Of a DNA stretch of 64,000 nt, positions 22,883 through 37,700 are shown in pieces; the stretch's first letter is position 1, and each line of letters begins with the position of its first letter. Source of the stretch: Caecitellus pseudoparvulus. Lineage: Eukaryota > Protista > Bigyra: Bicosoecida. The stretch covers positions 434,001 to 498,000 of the forward strand of contig CBFFRQ010000042.1 of assembly GCA_965644315.1 (NCBI GenBank), given 5' to 3'. The notes beneath the pieces are model-generated. The model made no database searches. It saw only the letters and a program-made list of their open reading frames with translations, and was not told the origin of the DNA. The translations under genes and the position numbers were made by a program.

Positions 22883-23160
22883 GATGCAGGTGGTTAGGCT
22901 CTGCGCACACCACACTCAGCCTCTGAAGACAGCGGCCGCAAGCCGCCACAAGCAGCTCGGGCTCTGGCTGCAGCTACAAAGTCGCAGGTGTGTGGCAAAG
23001 GGGGGGCTCCTCTGAAGGCGAAGCAGGCAGCAATTGCATGCAAAATTTGACCATCTACCCTCACGGTGATGCCTGGCTGCTCGTTTCACTGCCCTGAGTG
23101 CCGTGTGCACGACCCCGTTCGAAGGGGGGTGGCTGCCACTCACACCTCCCTGCAGCTGGC

Positions 23161-25317
<2,157 letters not shown>

Positions 25318-25358
25318 AGCGTGCTGCCCCTCGGGCGCAGCACAGCTGACCACAGCCC

Positions 25359-28300
25359 TTAATGCAGTGTATCATGTTCACTGACGTCACTCAAGTCATC
25401 CTCCTCCACCATACTGTCGTCAAACCCTAGCTGTGCGGCCAGGGACTCCTCCTGTGGAGTGGCTGTTGCTGGCTCTGCGGCCGATCCGGTAGCAGCTTGG
25501 CTTGTTGTCGGTTCGCCCTCGCGCACATCCGCCCAGACATGCTGCCGTGGCGCGTTGAATGGAGCACTTTGCCCCTCTGGCCGTGGGCGTCTAGCTGGCG
25601 GGGCGCCTGGCCCTGCGTCGTGGTCCTCCTCCGCCAACACCTCTGCAAGGGTGCTGCTGCCACCGCCACTCAGGCCAAACCCTACAGTGGGGGGGAACCC
25701 CGGCAATGGTTGCTCCGGGGCAGGTTCTCCTGTTGGTGACGCGGACGGGGCCGGGCTGGGCCGTTCCTCACTCACAGCGCTGTCGCCGCTTCCTGCCTCG
25801 CTGGACCGCCCACTGTCCAGCTCCTCCTCGTGCACAGAGCGGGACTGCTGGCTGCGAATTGACCCATCGCGGGCAGTTGCAGCGGCCTCGCTGCCTTCCA
25901 CAGGTGAAGTGGGAGCTGCCTGCAGTGGTGCGGGCTCAGGTGCTGGCGTGAGGCTGGCCTCACCAACGGCACCTCGCTGGTCCTGAGGCGTGACGGGCTC
26001 TGACCATGCGTCAGACTCCTCGCTGCCTTCAACAGAGTCCAAAGCTTCAGCGTCTAGCGGCACGCTCTCCATGGCGCCAACTTCGGGGGACTGGTCTGGA
26101 GCCATGTCTGGGGTTGGTGCGCCCGGGGCATCCGCCCAGGCACGCGCCACTGCCGGGCTTCTGCTGTCCGGAGGGAAGAAGGATGCAGCTGTGGCAGGCC
26201 TGCTGGACTCGACGCTGCCCAACGACTCGCTGGATGCCACGCGGTCGGCAGTTGGGCCGTCTGGCGTGCTGAGCTGCGAGTCTGTGGAGGCGTGCGAGGG
26301 TGCAGTGTGCCGGTGCGGCGAGGTGTGGGGGAAAGCCTCTGGCTGCATGGGACCCTGGAACCGGATGCCGGTTGGCGACGGCGAGACAATGTGCCGCTGA
26401 GGCGTGTGCGCTGCCCCGCTGGATGTGTGGAGCGTTGCCTCAGGTGGCGGGGTGTGCGCCGCCCTCGCAAGGGCTGCCGCCTGGCTGACCCGAGCTGGCG
26501 GTCTGGGGCTGTTGAAGGGCAGCGGGACCTGCTTGGCGCGGCGCCCAACAGGCGCGACACGGACACCGGGCAGCGCCCCCCCCACCACCAGGCGCGCAGG
26601 GCCACCCTCCGCAGACACGGCGCCTTCCTCTGCACTGCGTGCAGCCTGGATGCTGGCCATGGCAGCCTCCCACACCAGCGACGCGGCAGGTGTGCCAGTA
26701 GGCGGAGAGGGAGGCATTCCCTCGCGCACGTCTCCGCCGTCTCCTGCTGGGCAGTGCCTCGCCGTGATGACGTTGGCTGCGTGTTCCAGGAGTGGCATCA
26801 GCGATGCCGCCGGCTCTGCCACGGTTCGCGCAGCTGCTGTGCGTGCTGCGGCCTCCGCCACTGCCTGCCTGAACAGACCCGCCTCCACGCCAGCTGGGTG
26901 CCAGTCCTCTGGCAGAGCAGGCATGTTGTCGGGATCCTGCTCGTCGCGTTGCAGGTCACGCTCTGGTACACGCCACCAGTCTCCCTGCAGAGCTCCCTCT
27001 TTCTGGGCCAGCTGCCTACCAAGGTGGGCTCTAGCGGAAGCTACTGCTTGCTCAGTGAGGGCTGCCACCCTGGCGTCCACCCCAGCGGCAGCGGCTCTCA
27101 CAGCGGCGGGTGTGTGGTGGAACTGCGACACAATCCAGGGGCGGAGAGGCGCCAAGGGGCGCTTGAAGGGCGCCTTGCGGCCATCTATACCGAGGAATGC
27201 TGCTTCATCGGCGCCTGGAACCGCGTCATGGAACGCTGCGGCCTCCGGGTAGCGCCGAGCATCAGAGGCTTCCACCACGCTCTCCACGTGGCGGGCACAA
27301 GCCGCCTGCACCTCCCCAGGCTGCACGTCCCACGCCCCTGTCGTCTGCAAGTCAAGGGGGTTCGCTGCACTGCCCACTGCATCTGCATGGGCTCGGCGCC
27401 ACCACCTTGCAGCCACGCTGGCAGCGCGGCGCTCAGCAGCCGCCGCTGCCGCCTGCACTTCTGCCTCCAGCCCACGCACAACCAGGTGTGTGGGGACAAA
27501 TGCCGCTGATGGAGCATTTGCGCGTTCTGCGGCTTCTGCAGCTGCGAGGGCTTGCAGCTCGGCAGCGTGCTGTCGAGTCATCGTCAGGTAGTGTGCCGTC
27601 AGTGCCTCCACTGCTGACGGGTCTCGCCAGTCCAAGTGCGGCAGCAGTGCCGAAGACAGGCGTGCTCGCCGCAAGGCTGCTGTTCGCTGGACTCGCTCGA
27701 TGAGAGCCTCGTGCTGGATGCGGGTGGAGGTGAGGCGGGCCTGCAGCCGCGCCGCTCGCTGCTGGTGAGACGCGATGAGGGCAGCCACCTCAGCCGCGCG
27801 GTGCTGCCGCGCGTGCCCCGTGAAGGCCCGAAGGCCTCGATCCAGCTGCCCTCGATACCAGCGCTGGAAGAGGGAAGCTAGAATGTACGCGCGGGCCATG
27901 CTTGACGCCAGCACGAGCTGCTTGCGCGCGGCAGCTGCGGCTGTGCGTGCAGCTGCAGCCGCTGCCTCACGCGTGACCCTTGCCTCCACGGCATCAGCTC
28001 GCGCTGTGGCTGTGGCGGCGTCAGCCACTGCCACACGGGCATCTGCAGTCAAGTTGTCCCGCCGCAGGCTGTCAATGGTGCCTTGCAGCTGCCTGCGCTC
28101 TGCGGCGTGAGCTGCCAGCAGTCCGTCCAGTCGCACCTGCAGCTGAGCCTGCGCCTGGCTGACAGCGGTAGCCATCTCACGACGTGAGGTCTTGAGCTCA
28201 GTTCGGGCACGTGCAGCTGCTGCCGACGCGTCAGCAGCCGCTGCTCGCGCCGCCTCCGCTTCAGCCTCCAACTTCGCGTTGCGCCGAACCGCCTCCAACA

Positions 28301-29896
28301 ACGCCGACATCTGGTCGGCACTGTCATCGCCTTGGCGCACCAAGGCCTCTGGAGCTGGCCCGGCACTGCTTTGGGCATGTTTTTCCCGTTCCTCTGCGAG
28401 CTGGGCCTGGAGCAGCGACACTTGAGCACGCAAGGCTGCGATTTCTTCCTGCTGAGCTGTGTCAGGGGTCGGCACCGGCGACGTGGTCGGCCTTTCACCG
28501 TGCAGCCCCTTCTGCCCTTGCAGGATCCGCTCTCGCTCCGCAGTCACTGCGGCCAGGACCTCCCCTGCCTCTGCCTCGTGTCGTGCGGCCCGCTGGGCGG
28601 CCAGGGTGGACGGCAGGTCCAGCCCAATGTGCCTGCGCTTGGCATGGGCGTCTAGGTGGGCCAGGCTCGTGAACACCTTGCGGCAGTGTGGGCAGGCGTG
28701 CGCCGGCACGGCTGCATGAGCCACACCGGCCTCCCAGTCCACGCCCACGCGAAGGCTGCATGCGCCGCCTGCCCCCGGCCCACCAGCCTGGGCGCCGGTG
28801 GGCACCGCCGCCACTGCTCCTGAGCCTGGTGGGTGCCCACCCCCCGCAGGCACAGCAGTGTGTCCCCCAAGCGGGCTGGCCAGTGGCGCCGTCGTGAGGG
28901 CTGCCTCTTGCGCTGCCAGGCGCCTGTACGCGCTGGTGATGTACGCCGCCACGGCGCCCTCCACGGCCGGGGCAGAAGTGCCGCTGGCTGTGACTGCCGC
29001 CTGCAGCATGCGGTGCATGCGCGCGAGGGTTTCACGGTGGTGGGCCAGCTCCTCGCGCAAGTTCTGCGCAAGTGCCTCTGCATGGCTGGACGCCGCTGCC
29101 GCCTGCGCCTGTGCTCGGCCGGCGTCCTCCAGCACGCCCTGCTGTTCGCTGACGGCCCTGGCGAGCATGGCAGCGTCCCTCATGCTGGTTTCTGCAGCCA
29201 GCTGCAGCAGGCGGGTGAAGTGCAGCCGCCAGGTTGGTGTTGCGCGCGCCAGCTCCCCAGCGCTGACCCTCGCCAGCGCCAGCGCCGGCAGGAGGCGGCG
29301 AAGAACACGGCGCCCACTGCTGTTCCACGGGGCGCTGCGCAGGGCAGGGGCATGGTCACTCGTGCTGGCCGCCGGCTGAGTGGATAGGCACTGCTCCAGC
29401 GTCAGGCGGTTCAGGCTGGCCCAGTCGGGGCGCCCACGCCGAGCTGCGAAGGGCGGGTATAGCCTGCCAATGGCCTCGCCCCCCAAATGCCCGTGGGCAG
29501 CGGCCAGGCCCACTTCAATGGCCGGGGGGACCTCGCTGAGGGGCGCCTCTTGGGCAGGCGGGCTCGCTTCCAGCACAGGCCTGGTGCGGCAAGGCACTCT
29601 CCCAGCCACGGCGTGGCTGGCATTGACTTCCGCGGACTGCTGCAGCGGCGACGGGCGGCCCTGTACGAGCAAGTGCGGAGGGTCAAGGCTGGAATGTGCT
29701 GCCAGAATCAGTGCTGGTGGGCTGGTAGTTTGCTCCTTGACGTCCACCTCCGCTGCGAGGGTGCGGCGGCAAGGGTGCCTGGGCATCGTAACGGCAGCTG
29801 CCATGGCATTGACCTACGCGAGGAGGGCCCTGTTTGACCCCAAGCCGTCTCGTCATCGCCATCTTCAATGAACTCATCCAAAGAGAGGAACTGCAT
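25359..29896 (-). CDS. DZIP1/Iguana-like ciliary protein (C2H2 zinc finger + coiled coil)
   Basis: The N-terminal PPFAARRGRPDWASLNRL resembles the Dzip N-domain. It is followed by CPHCRKVFTSLAHLDAHAKRRH and long coiled coils. A possible phase-compatible first exon starts at ATG 29896; otherwise the ORF starts at 29804. Confidence 0.6.
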
Positions 29897-30435
29897 GATA
29901 AGGGGCTGCAGATATCCCGCAAAAGGCACGGGGGAGCCTGCTATGGCTTGCCTGGCGTTTCGTCGAGAGGACTGAAACGCTGCTTCCTTCAGACCTGCCG
30001 ACGCACATGCACGGCACGCAAACCGAGCTCAGCGCCCAAGCATCAAGGGATAAAGTAATACACATGTAGGGGGGGGATGCAATTTGTTGCGTGCGATGGT
30101 GTTACGTTGTCTGACTCAGGCAGCGTCTGGCATCTGGCTCACATGTTGCCCTGGCCATCTGTAGTGGTCCATACAGCCTGAGCAGAAGTCCGGAAGCAAG
30201 GCTATCACGTCTCCACTGCCCACTCCGATTCGAATAAGGGCCGTCTCTCCTCTTTGCGGTGCGTGCAAGACTTGCCCGGCCGATCGAGCCATTCTCACAA
30301 AAGGCAGACTACCCACAAATGCCATCCCAGGAGCAGATTTTATGCGAATGGACTCATGCGGAATGAATCTGGAGGGTGGTGGGACTGGTTTCCTTTGGCA
30401 GCACGGAAAGGCAGCGTTGTCTGCGGAAATTGGTC

Positions 30436-33400
30436 ATGTCCTCGGCCACCGCGCCGGAGGCGCGCTCCCACGAGGAGGAGAAAGTGATCGTCCCAACGGG
30501 AACGGTGAAGGCGTGTTTATTAGTGTGCCTCATGGCATCTGCAGTCCTCTCTGCGGTGTTCTCCCCCTCCCTGACTGTGCATAGTTCAGTGGTGCTGGGC
30601 TGGATTTCTTCGTCAAATCCCGCGCCAGGGTCAGGGGGCAGTGCTTCGCTGCAGGTGCAGTGCGCGCTGAAAGTCGCGCCTGCACCTATATTTGTCGTGC
30701 CTGGTGATGCGAATGGACTAGCCTTCGTGACACCCGTGAGCCCTCCATCTGCACCAAAGCCTCTGGATGCCAGCGAATTCTCGCAGTGGCAAACCAGCGA
30801 CTGGCCCACTCCTGTGCCACACCTCAGCCCCACGACGTGGTGGGGTCCGGGGGACATTCTCCCAGCGCCCAGGTACATGAACATCTCATCGTCCCTGCAG
30901 CCGCCCTCTGCGGCCATTCCCACTCTGGAAGAAACACTTTACGGCGAGCTAGGGGAGCAGCTGTACAGGCAACGGGACATCCCGCAGGTGAATGCCCTGG
31001 CGCAAGACTTTACCTTCCAACTCCTGCAGCCAGAAACCGAAACGCGACAAGGGCTGGCCCCTGAAGAGGTGCTGGCGCTGCACCGCATCTTCGCGACGCA
31101 CTGCTCCAGCCTCGTGGCGTCCAACGTGACGATGCTGCCATCCACGGAGCAAGACAACGCGGCCCCCCACAAGCCACCTCCCGGCCTGCCCTTGCACTGC
31201 ACTGCTGAACGAGCAGCTCGAACACATGCCATCATGGCTGGTTGGGCAGGCGGCCTCCCGCGAGACTGGGCTTCGGTGCTGGAGAGCGAAGTGGGCGGCG
31301 CAGGCGGCGCGCCGCATTGCGTCCCCGTGTCTCTCACGCAGCACAGCAGCATCGACGTGTCTGTGCTTGAGCCCACCCTCACCCCGGCATCAAGCAGCCC
31401 CTCTCCCCTGCAGGCTCTGCTGGGCACGAGCGAGTACGTTGTGGGGGATTCCACGCGGGCGGTACGGGGAGCGGCAGCCCCTGGCGGGGCTGCGTCGGTG
31501 TTCTGGCGCAGCTCCGTCGTACCTGGCCCAGAGGCTCCCGAGCAGTACTCCTTGCACCTCAGCAGCGCCAAAACGCCTGCCCTGCACCGCGTCGCTGCGA
31601 GCATTCGGGCAGCGCTGGAAGGCAGCGCCCCCCTGCCAGCAATTGGCCCGGCCGACCACCATGGCGCCACATTTGGGCGCCGCTTCAACTGCTCTGGGTA
31701 CATGACCCATGCCAGCGAAGAGGAGTGCGCAGGGCCCGCACTGGAGAACATGGATTCGTGGCTTGCCTCCATCCCCCGCCCAACTGCAAGCGCCGCCATA
31801 CTCGCGCAGTCCGTGTGGGGAGTGCCTCGTGGCCTGGCTTCCCTTCTCGGACTTGCCCGCGGCGCTGACGGCGTCATGTGGATGGATGCGGCGACGGTGC
31901 ATGATATCCCGCGCACACCATGGCGGGGCCTGTTGCTGGACACGGCCCGCCACTTCCACAGCATTGACAGCATCCAGCGCACCTTGCGAGCCATGGCGTC
32001 CGCCAAGATGAACGTCTTCCACTGGCACATCTCAGACGCGCAGAGCTTCCCCCTGCCCTTAGCTTTGGAGGATGCAGACGGCGTCAGACTGACAGGCGCC
32101 GCCCTCTTGCGATACTTGGAGGAAGCTGGAACAGCAGCCCAGCTGCACGGCAGGGTGCTCAGCAGCTCAGAGTCCTTGACCGGGGCGTTTGTGGCACCCT
32201 TCAGGCCTCACCAGGTTTACCACCGTGAGGACGTGCGCTCCATTGTGCGCTATGCAGCATCGCTGGGGATCAGGGTCCTCCCTGAAGTGGACACACCAGC
32301 CCACACTGCGTCGTGGGTGTGGGCGCTGGCGAACGCCGGTGCAGCCACACCCAGCCGCAGCGCTTCCTCCTGGCTGGCCTGGGAGCAATCTCTGGGCAAG
32401 GGCACCACAGGGCACGACGCTGTCGGTGGGCACAACAAGCTTCCATGGCGCACCACCCCGGGCCTCGTGCCGCGAGAAGCAGCGGCCGGCTGGGCCACGA
32501 TCAGCACAGTCGGCGTCGTGTCTCCTTGTCATGGACTCGGATCACCGAGTGTAGCTATCCCACCCAATGCTCCCTCGATCAACATCGTGAACAAGTACGC
32601 CCTGGATGTCACTGCGAATGCGACGTATCCCATCCTTGACGCAGTGCTAGGCGCTGTGTTGGCGGAGTTTCCAGACACGCACATGCACTGGGGTGGTGAT
32701 GAAGTGGTGCAGGAGTGCTGGACGCAGAACGCTGACATGATGGAGTGGGTCGCCCGGCATGCGTCCGCGCTCGGGGTGGCGGAGGCAGGGGCAGGGTACA
32801 TGGACGAGCGCGCGGCTGTGAAGGGGCTGCTGGCGCGGCATGCGTGGCACGTTTCGCAGCTCATCGTGGGGGCAGGCAAGGTGCCAGTGGTTTGGCAGGG
32901 CACCTTTGACACTCTAGGCGACACACACACGCGGCTTCAAGAAGGTTTGGCTTCGGGCGATCCTGCAAGGGTTTTCGACGGGTCACACATGCCATCCCTG
33001 CATGCGGAGGCGGCGGGAGATAAAGTGCCATTTGCAGAGGCCGGCATGCCACCCTTCTCCGTCATACAACCATGGAAATGCTGGAGCGGGCTGGATCGAC
33101 AGGCCATAGTTTCGGCTGCCGCTTCATCATCACGCATGGCATCGACGCGGAACAGCTGCTGGTACCTGGACTGGTCTTCGCCGTTCACAGAGATGCACTC
33201 CCACGACATCTGGTCAAGGTTTTCCGGTGGAGGCGATGCGACCGTTTCTGCTGGGTATCGTCGTTTGCAGCCAAGTGGAGATCCGTTGGTCGGATGGGAG
33301 ACCTCCAAGGTGCGAAGTGGCATCATCGGTGGGGAAGCTTCGATGTGGAGCGAGGGCATCATTGGGGCTAACCTTCACTGTCGCATTTGGCCCCGGGCGC

Positions 33401-34794
33401 TTGTGGTGGCGCAAAAGCTGTGGACCTGGGCCCCGTTTGCTCAGGTGCACCACACGCCAGACTTTGGCGTCATGCAGCCTCGCCAAAGGAGCTTGGATGC
33501 TGTGTCGTCCAAGATTGGTTTGTGGGTGGACACGGCGCGCAACTTGGACGTTGCACCTTCAGAACACCACGGGATGGCCTTGGCATACTATCCACTCGCA
33601 GGGACGTGCCCCCTCGTGCACAGATTTGCCCAGCCAGCTCAAGAGACCGACTTGGGTGCGGCTGCACTGCCATCTGGGCCAGCTTCTGCTGTCCCTCGCA
33701 TGTTGACCGGGCAGTACAATGTTGCCATGGGTGGGCAAGGTCTGTGGCCCCCGCAGTCTGAAGCTCTCACTGCTGACAAGTCTGGATTGCTGGAGCTGCA
33801 AAAGAATAGAGGGCGTGCATACGCCATCTTGGATTGGTTGCGGGGGCTGGATCTGGACGTTGCAGTGATTGTGGAGGCGCTGGAGTGGCAGCGGGACAGT
33901 CTGCCCTCAGATGGAGCCCGGATGCTGTGGAACGCAGCCCCTTCGTCAGCCAGGGGCAGTTTCCCTGTTATGCCAGACCAGATGCATCCTGGTCAGCCTT
34001 ATTGTGTCGGCTGCCTGAACACGTACGCTCACCAGGCTGGTTTCGCGTTTTCTGCCATGCTGGCTGGGGGCGAAGGTTACAACTTGGCCATTTTGGCCCG
34101 CTGGCCCGTCCACGTGCTGCGCGCAGACGCTGAAAACTTTGAACGTGGCATGCTTGTTGGGGTTGTGCGAGGCCTGGCAGTGGTGGCGGTGCATCTGCAT
34201 GCCCACGACAGTTCTCAGCGCACATTGGAGGCTGGCGTGCTTGCTGCCACTGTGCAAGAGTTGCAAGAGCAGGGATTCCCAGTCATCGTGCAGGGCGACT
34301 TCAACACATTGTCACCGCTTGATGTGGAGGGCCACAACGCAACAGGCCTGCTGGCTTGGATGCAGTCCCCCGCCGTGCCACGCCGAATCTTGCGCAAGCA
34401 CACCGTTGCAGTTGAGGTTGCCCGCGAATGGCTCGTCGCTGAAAGCGCCAGGTGGCCACCCAACAGCCCCGCCTACAACGTGTGCTGGACAGCTTTCAAC
34501 GCATCCACCCCCCTTCAGGGCGTTGTGCTTGACTATCGACCCATGTGCGTGTTGCTGGCTGCGGGGCTGGTGGATGCGTGCTCGCACGGGCCTGAATGCT
34601 CACGAACAGAACCCACAGCGCACAGCTTGGTTGACAATGTGACAGCAGAGGACATGCCTGCATTTAGGTTGGACTATGCGATGATGAGCCCTGCACTGGC
34701 ACGCACGGCAAGCCAGTGCTCCGTGGTGGCTACGAACGCAACCATGTGGCTGTCTGACCACCTGCCACTGGTGTGCAGCTTGACAGGAGATTGA
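30436..34794 (+). CDS. GH20 beta-N-acetylhexosaminidase fused to a C-terminal endonuclease/exonuclease/phosphatase (EEP) domain
   Basis: N-terminal hydrophobic anchor. GH20 motifs: RGLLLDTARHF, NVFHWHISDAQSFP, PEVDTPAH, HWGGDE, WYLD, GGEASMWSE and WPRA. EEP motifs: YNV, IVEA, VHL, GDFN, RLDY and SDHLPL. Confidence 0.88.
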   Translation: MSSATAPEARSHEEEKVIVPTGTVKACLLVCLMASAVLSAVFSPSLTVHSSVVLGWISSSNPAPGSGGSASLQVQCALKVAPAPIFVVPGDANGLAFVTPVSPPSAPKPLDASEFSQWQTSDWPTPVPHLSPTTWWGPGDILPAPRYMNISSSLQPPSAAIPTLEETLYGELGEQLYRQRDIPQVNALAQDFTFQLLQPETETRQGLAPEEVLALHRIFATHCSSLVASNVTMLPSTEQDNAAPHKPPPGLPLHCTAERAARTHAIMAGWAGGLPRDWASVLESEVGGAGGAPHCVPVSLTQHSSIDVSVLEPTLTPASSSPSPLQALLGTSEYVVGDSTRAVRGAAAPGGAASVFWRSSVVPGPEAPEQYSLHLSSAKTPALHRVAASIRAALEGSAPLPAIGPADHHGATFGRRFNCSGYMTHASEEECAGPALENMDSWLASIPRPTASAAILAQSVWGVPRGLASLLGLARGADGVMWMDAATVHDIPRTPWRGLLLDTARHFHSIDSIQRTLRAMASAKMNVFHWHISDAQSFPLPLALEDADGVRLTGAALLRYLEEAGTAAQLHGRVLSSSESLTGAFVAPFRPHQVYHREDVRSIVRYAASLGIRVLPEVDTPAHTASWVWALANAGAATPSRSASSWLAWEQSLGKGTTGHDAVGGHNKLPWRTTPGLVPREAAAGWATISTVGVVSPCHGLGSPSVAIPPNAPSINIVNKYALDVTANATYPILDAVLGAVLAEFPDTHMHWGGDEVVQECWTQNADMMEWVARHASALGVAEAGAGYMDERAAVKGLLARHAWHVSQLIVGAGKVPVVWQGTFDTLGDTHTRLQEGLASGDPARVFDGSHMPSLHAEAAGDKVPFAEAGMPPFSVIQPWKCWSGLDRQAIVSAAASSSRMASTRNSCWYLDWSSPFTEMHSHDIWSRFSGGGDATVSAGYRRLQPSGDPLVGWETSKVRSGIIGGEASMWSEGIIGANLHCRIWPRALVVAQKLWTWAPFAQVHHTPDFGVMQPRQRSLDAVSSKIGLWVDTARNLDVAPSEHHGMALAYYPLAGTCPLVHRFAQPAQETDLGAAALPSGPASAVPRMLTGQYNVAMGGQGLWPPQSEALTADKSGLLELQKNRGRAYAILDWLRGLDLDVAVIVEALEWQRDSLPSDGARMLWNAAPSSARGSFPVMPDQMHPGQPYCVGCLNTYAHQAGFAFSAMLAGGEGYNLAILARWPVHVLRADAENFERGMLVGVVRGLAVVAVHLHAHDSSQRTLEAGVLAATVQELQEQGFPVIVQGDFNTLSPLDVEGHNATGLLAWMQSPAVPRRILRKHTVAVEVAREWLVAESARWPPNSPAYNVCWTAFNASTPLQGVVLDYRPMCVLLAAGLVDACSHGPECSRTEPTAHSLVDNVTAEDMPAFRLDYAMMSPALARTASQCSVVATNATMWLSDHLPLVCSLTGD

Positions 34795-37700
34795 TCACAA
34801 GTCAACGTCGAGCCAGTCGGAGTTGGGCAGGGCAGATGTCGAAGCCGACGGTGGCTGGCTCACGTGCGGAGTTGTAGAGTCGGGTTCAGGGGAGAACATG
34901 TCGCCCAGGTCGTCGTTGAATGTGAACTGCATACCGTCGTGCCCGTCACCCATGTCAAGTTCCAGGCCGCCCCCAAGCGCAGTGTCTAAGGCTTCATGCT
35001 GTCCCCATGCACCAGCCAGCCCTGGCTGCCCCCCAGAGGGCGTCAGGCCGCCGAGTTGTCGGGGGGAGGAGCCTGGCAGCACACCCTGTCCAGGTGGCGC
35101 CAGGGGGGGCATGGAGGCGCCAGCAGAAGGTGCTTGAGCACTCTCCTCGCGGCTGGGCACTGGGCCAAATGCATCGTCCATAGCTTCACGCAAGCCAGCA
35201 TGAATGCTGGGCGGCTGGTCAGTGCTGTTGGCAGGGGGCGAGATGCCGCCCACGGTTGGGGCGGCGCTGGGCTTGCGCTTGCGGCCATTGCTGCCGCCTT
35301 TCCGGTTCGCAGCTTTGCCCTTCCCACGAGCCGTGGGCGCTTGTGCGTTGCCTTTGTTTTGGCCAGCGGGGGCTGCGGCCGCTTGCCCAGCACCCTCTTG
35401 TGCTGCCGCAGTGGGGGTGCTGTCCGCCGCAGTGTTCTTGCGGGAGCGCTTGTTGCCGCCACTGGCCGTCTTGCGAGCTCGAGGTCGCTTTGCGCCACCC
35501 GTCGCGGAGTCACCCCCGCCTTTCTTCTTGCCTGTGCTCCTACTGCGCTTCCCCTTCCCTGTGGGAGTGGCGGTGGGCGTCGGCGTCCCGCCAGCTTTCG
35601 GTGCCACGGCGGCAGGTCCAGCGACAGGAGCGGAGCCGCTGCCTGCTTGCAGGAGTTGCTGGGCGAAGGCTTTCACTGCGTTCTGGAACATTTCTGTGTC
35701 GAGTCGCAAGCCCCCACTTGCCTGATCAGACGTCGCGAGGGCCGCGTTGGCAGCCGTCGCAGCCAAGCTCGCCAGATGGCTGTCCTCCTCCACAGCCGCG
35801 CTGGACGACGCAGCGGATGCTGTGCGGTGGGGCTGCAAGGCCATGGGTGCGTGGGGCTTGCGCTGCAAGTATGTCGGCTGCCCATGGGGTACACTGGCCA
35901 CGAATGTAGGCGCAGCCGCAGAGCCGGCAGACTCTGGAAGCTGCACTGCGGTTGGCAGTGCCGCGGGTGCTACGGGCACGTGTTGCTCCTGGTGTTGGCC
36001 AAGCGCGCTCAGGCGACTGATGGCATTGTCAGTGGGCATGTTGGCCAGGGGCGTCAGCATGATGCTGTACGTATCTGTCGAACTCCGTTGCTCAGGCGGC
36101 GGCGGCTTGAAGATGACGCTCGACGAGCGCGAGCCGTCTGGCAGAGCGACGTGCCGAGCAACGTGCCTTAAGTACAGCGCTGATGTCATGCCAGACACAC
36201 GAGTATCATACGCCATGGATGTGAACAGATGCACCAGCAGCTTCCCGCGGCTGTGGGCACCTGGCTTGCCCATGCGCAGAGCAGTAACGTTGGAGGCCAC
36301 CTCCTTATGCATGCGAAGCAAGGCGAACCGGGGCATCTCACCGAACTCCAAGAGGGGCCCCAGCTGCCCCAGGAAGTCCACACCTGGCACAGGCTTGGGC
36401 ACGGGGCGCGTGCCACTGGGTTGGCCGCCAGCCGGCTGGACTGCCTGCGTGATGCTCTCCACGACAGCCACAGCCGTCTCCAAGTCCCGCCGCACTCGCT
36501 GCACTTGCCCCAACTTCTCACTGGCAAGGGGCATGGCCAAGATGCGCTGCTCAGCAGAACGCGCGACGTAGAGGGAGCTCTGCAGCATGGCCTGCACCTG
36601 TCGCGCGGACACGGTGAGCAGTACCATGTACGCAGGCACGGGGACTGGCGTTCCGTTCAGTTTCACCTGGTACATCGCAGCCGGGGTGGAGCTGAAAGGC
36701 AGGACCTCCCCCGCCACTTTGGGAATGGCAAATTGGCCCATCACCTGCCTGACTTCCTCCTCACTCGCACCTTCGATGGCGGGCACTTGTGTTGAGGGAA
36801 AGCGGGGGTGTGGCAAGTACACACTGGCCCCTGCTGGGATTCCCGCCGCGGAAGTCGCCAAGGCAGGCTCGTGAGTACTGGCAGCCGGCCGGGCCAGAGA
36901 CACAGGGGTGCTAACTCCTGCGCCCGGCACCAAAGACAGCACAGTCTCGGGCAGCGGCTGGGCTGCGCTGGTTCGGTGCCGGAGACTGTGCTGCACCCGC
37001 ATCGTCTGAGAGGTCGGCTTCAGTGTTGCGACAGCAGGCGTCCCTCGGGAAGGAGTGGCGCCCCCCGCACCCCAAATCACGACGTCTGCCTGCAGGCGTC
37101 TCACGTTGCCCGGCACGGGCTTGGTTGCAGACACTGCCCCCACCGCGCCTGGCTGCTGGCCGGGGCGATGAGCGCGACGAAGCTGGAAGCGCTGCCCATG
37201 ATCATTGACATGGCGCACCCATGGCACAGGCGGCTGAGAATGCGTCTGAATGGCGTACTCCCACACTGCCGGGAGGCTCGCGGCGCTTCGCTGCAGCACC
37301 GCAGCAAGGAAGCTACTTGGCGGCTCAGGCACGCCACTGACAGCGCCAGAGCCACCTGAATCGGGCCTCATTGCCGAAGCTGCTGACGGCTCCTGGGTGG
37401 AGGTGAGGTGAAACGGAGCAGGGGCCGCTTGGGCCTGCTTGGCCAGCAGCTCCTGCCCTGCACCGGGGCGCAAGACGACACCCTGCTGCCCCTCCTCAAA
37501 CAGCTCAGGCCTGGTCTTGACAAACGTGCGGTACTGCTGCCTTTGCTGGATCTCGTCTCGCAGCTTACTCTGCAAGTTGCGGACCCGCACTGCAGTCCGG
37601 TTCTGACTCTCCCCTGCCACGACGCATGCAAGCTGGGCCGAGAGCAGCCAAGCGATGGCAGCAGCTTGCTCCTTCACCAGGCGCAATGCCTGCTTAAGGG

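Noticed and set aside
29900-30430. Possible ncRNA or riboswitch in this long intergenic gap
   Set aside because: No tRNA, snRNA, snoRNA or TPP consensus was recognisable by eye. An Infernal/Rfam scan would be needed.
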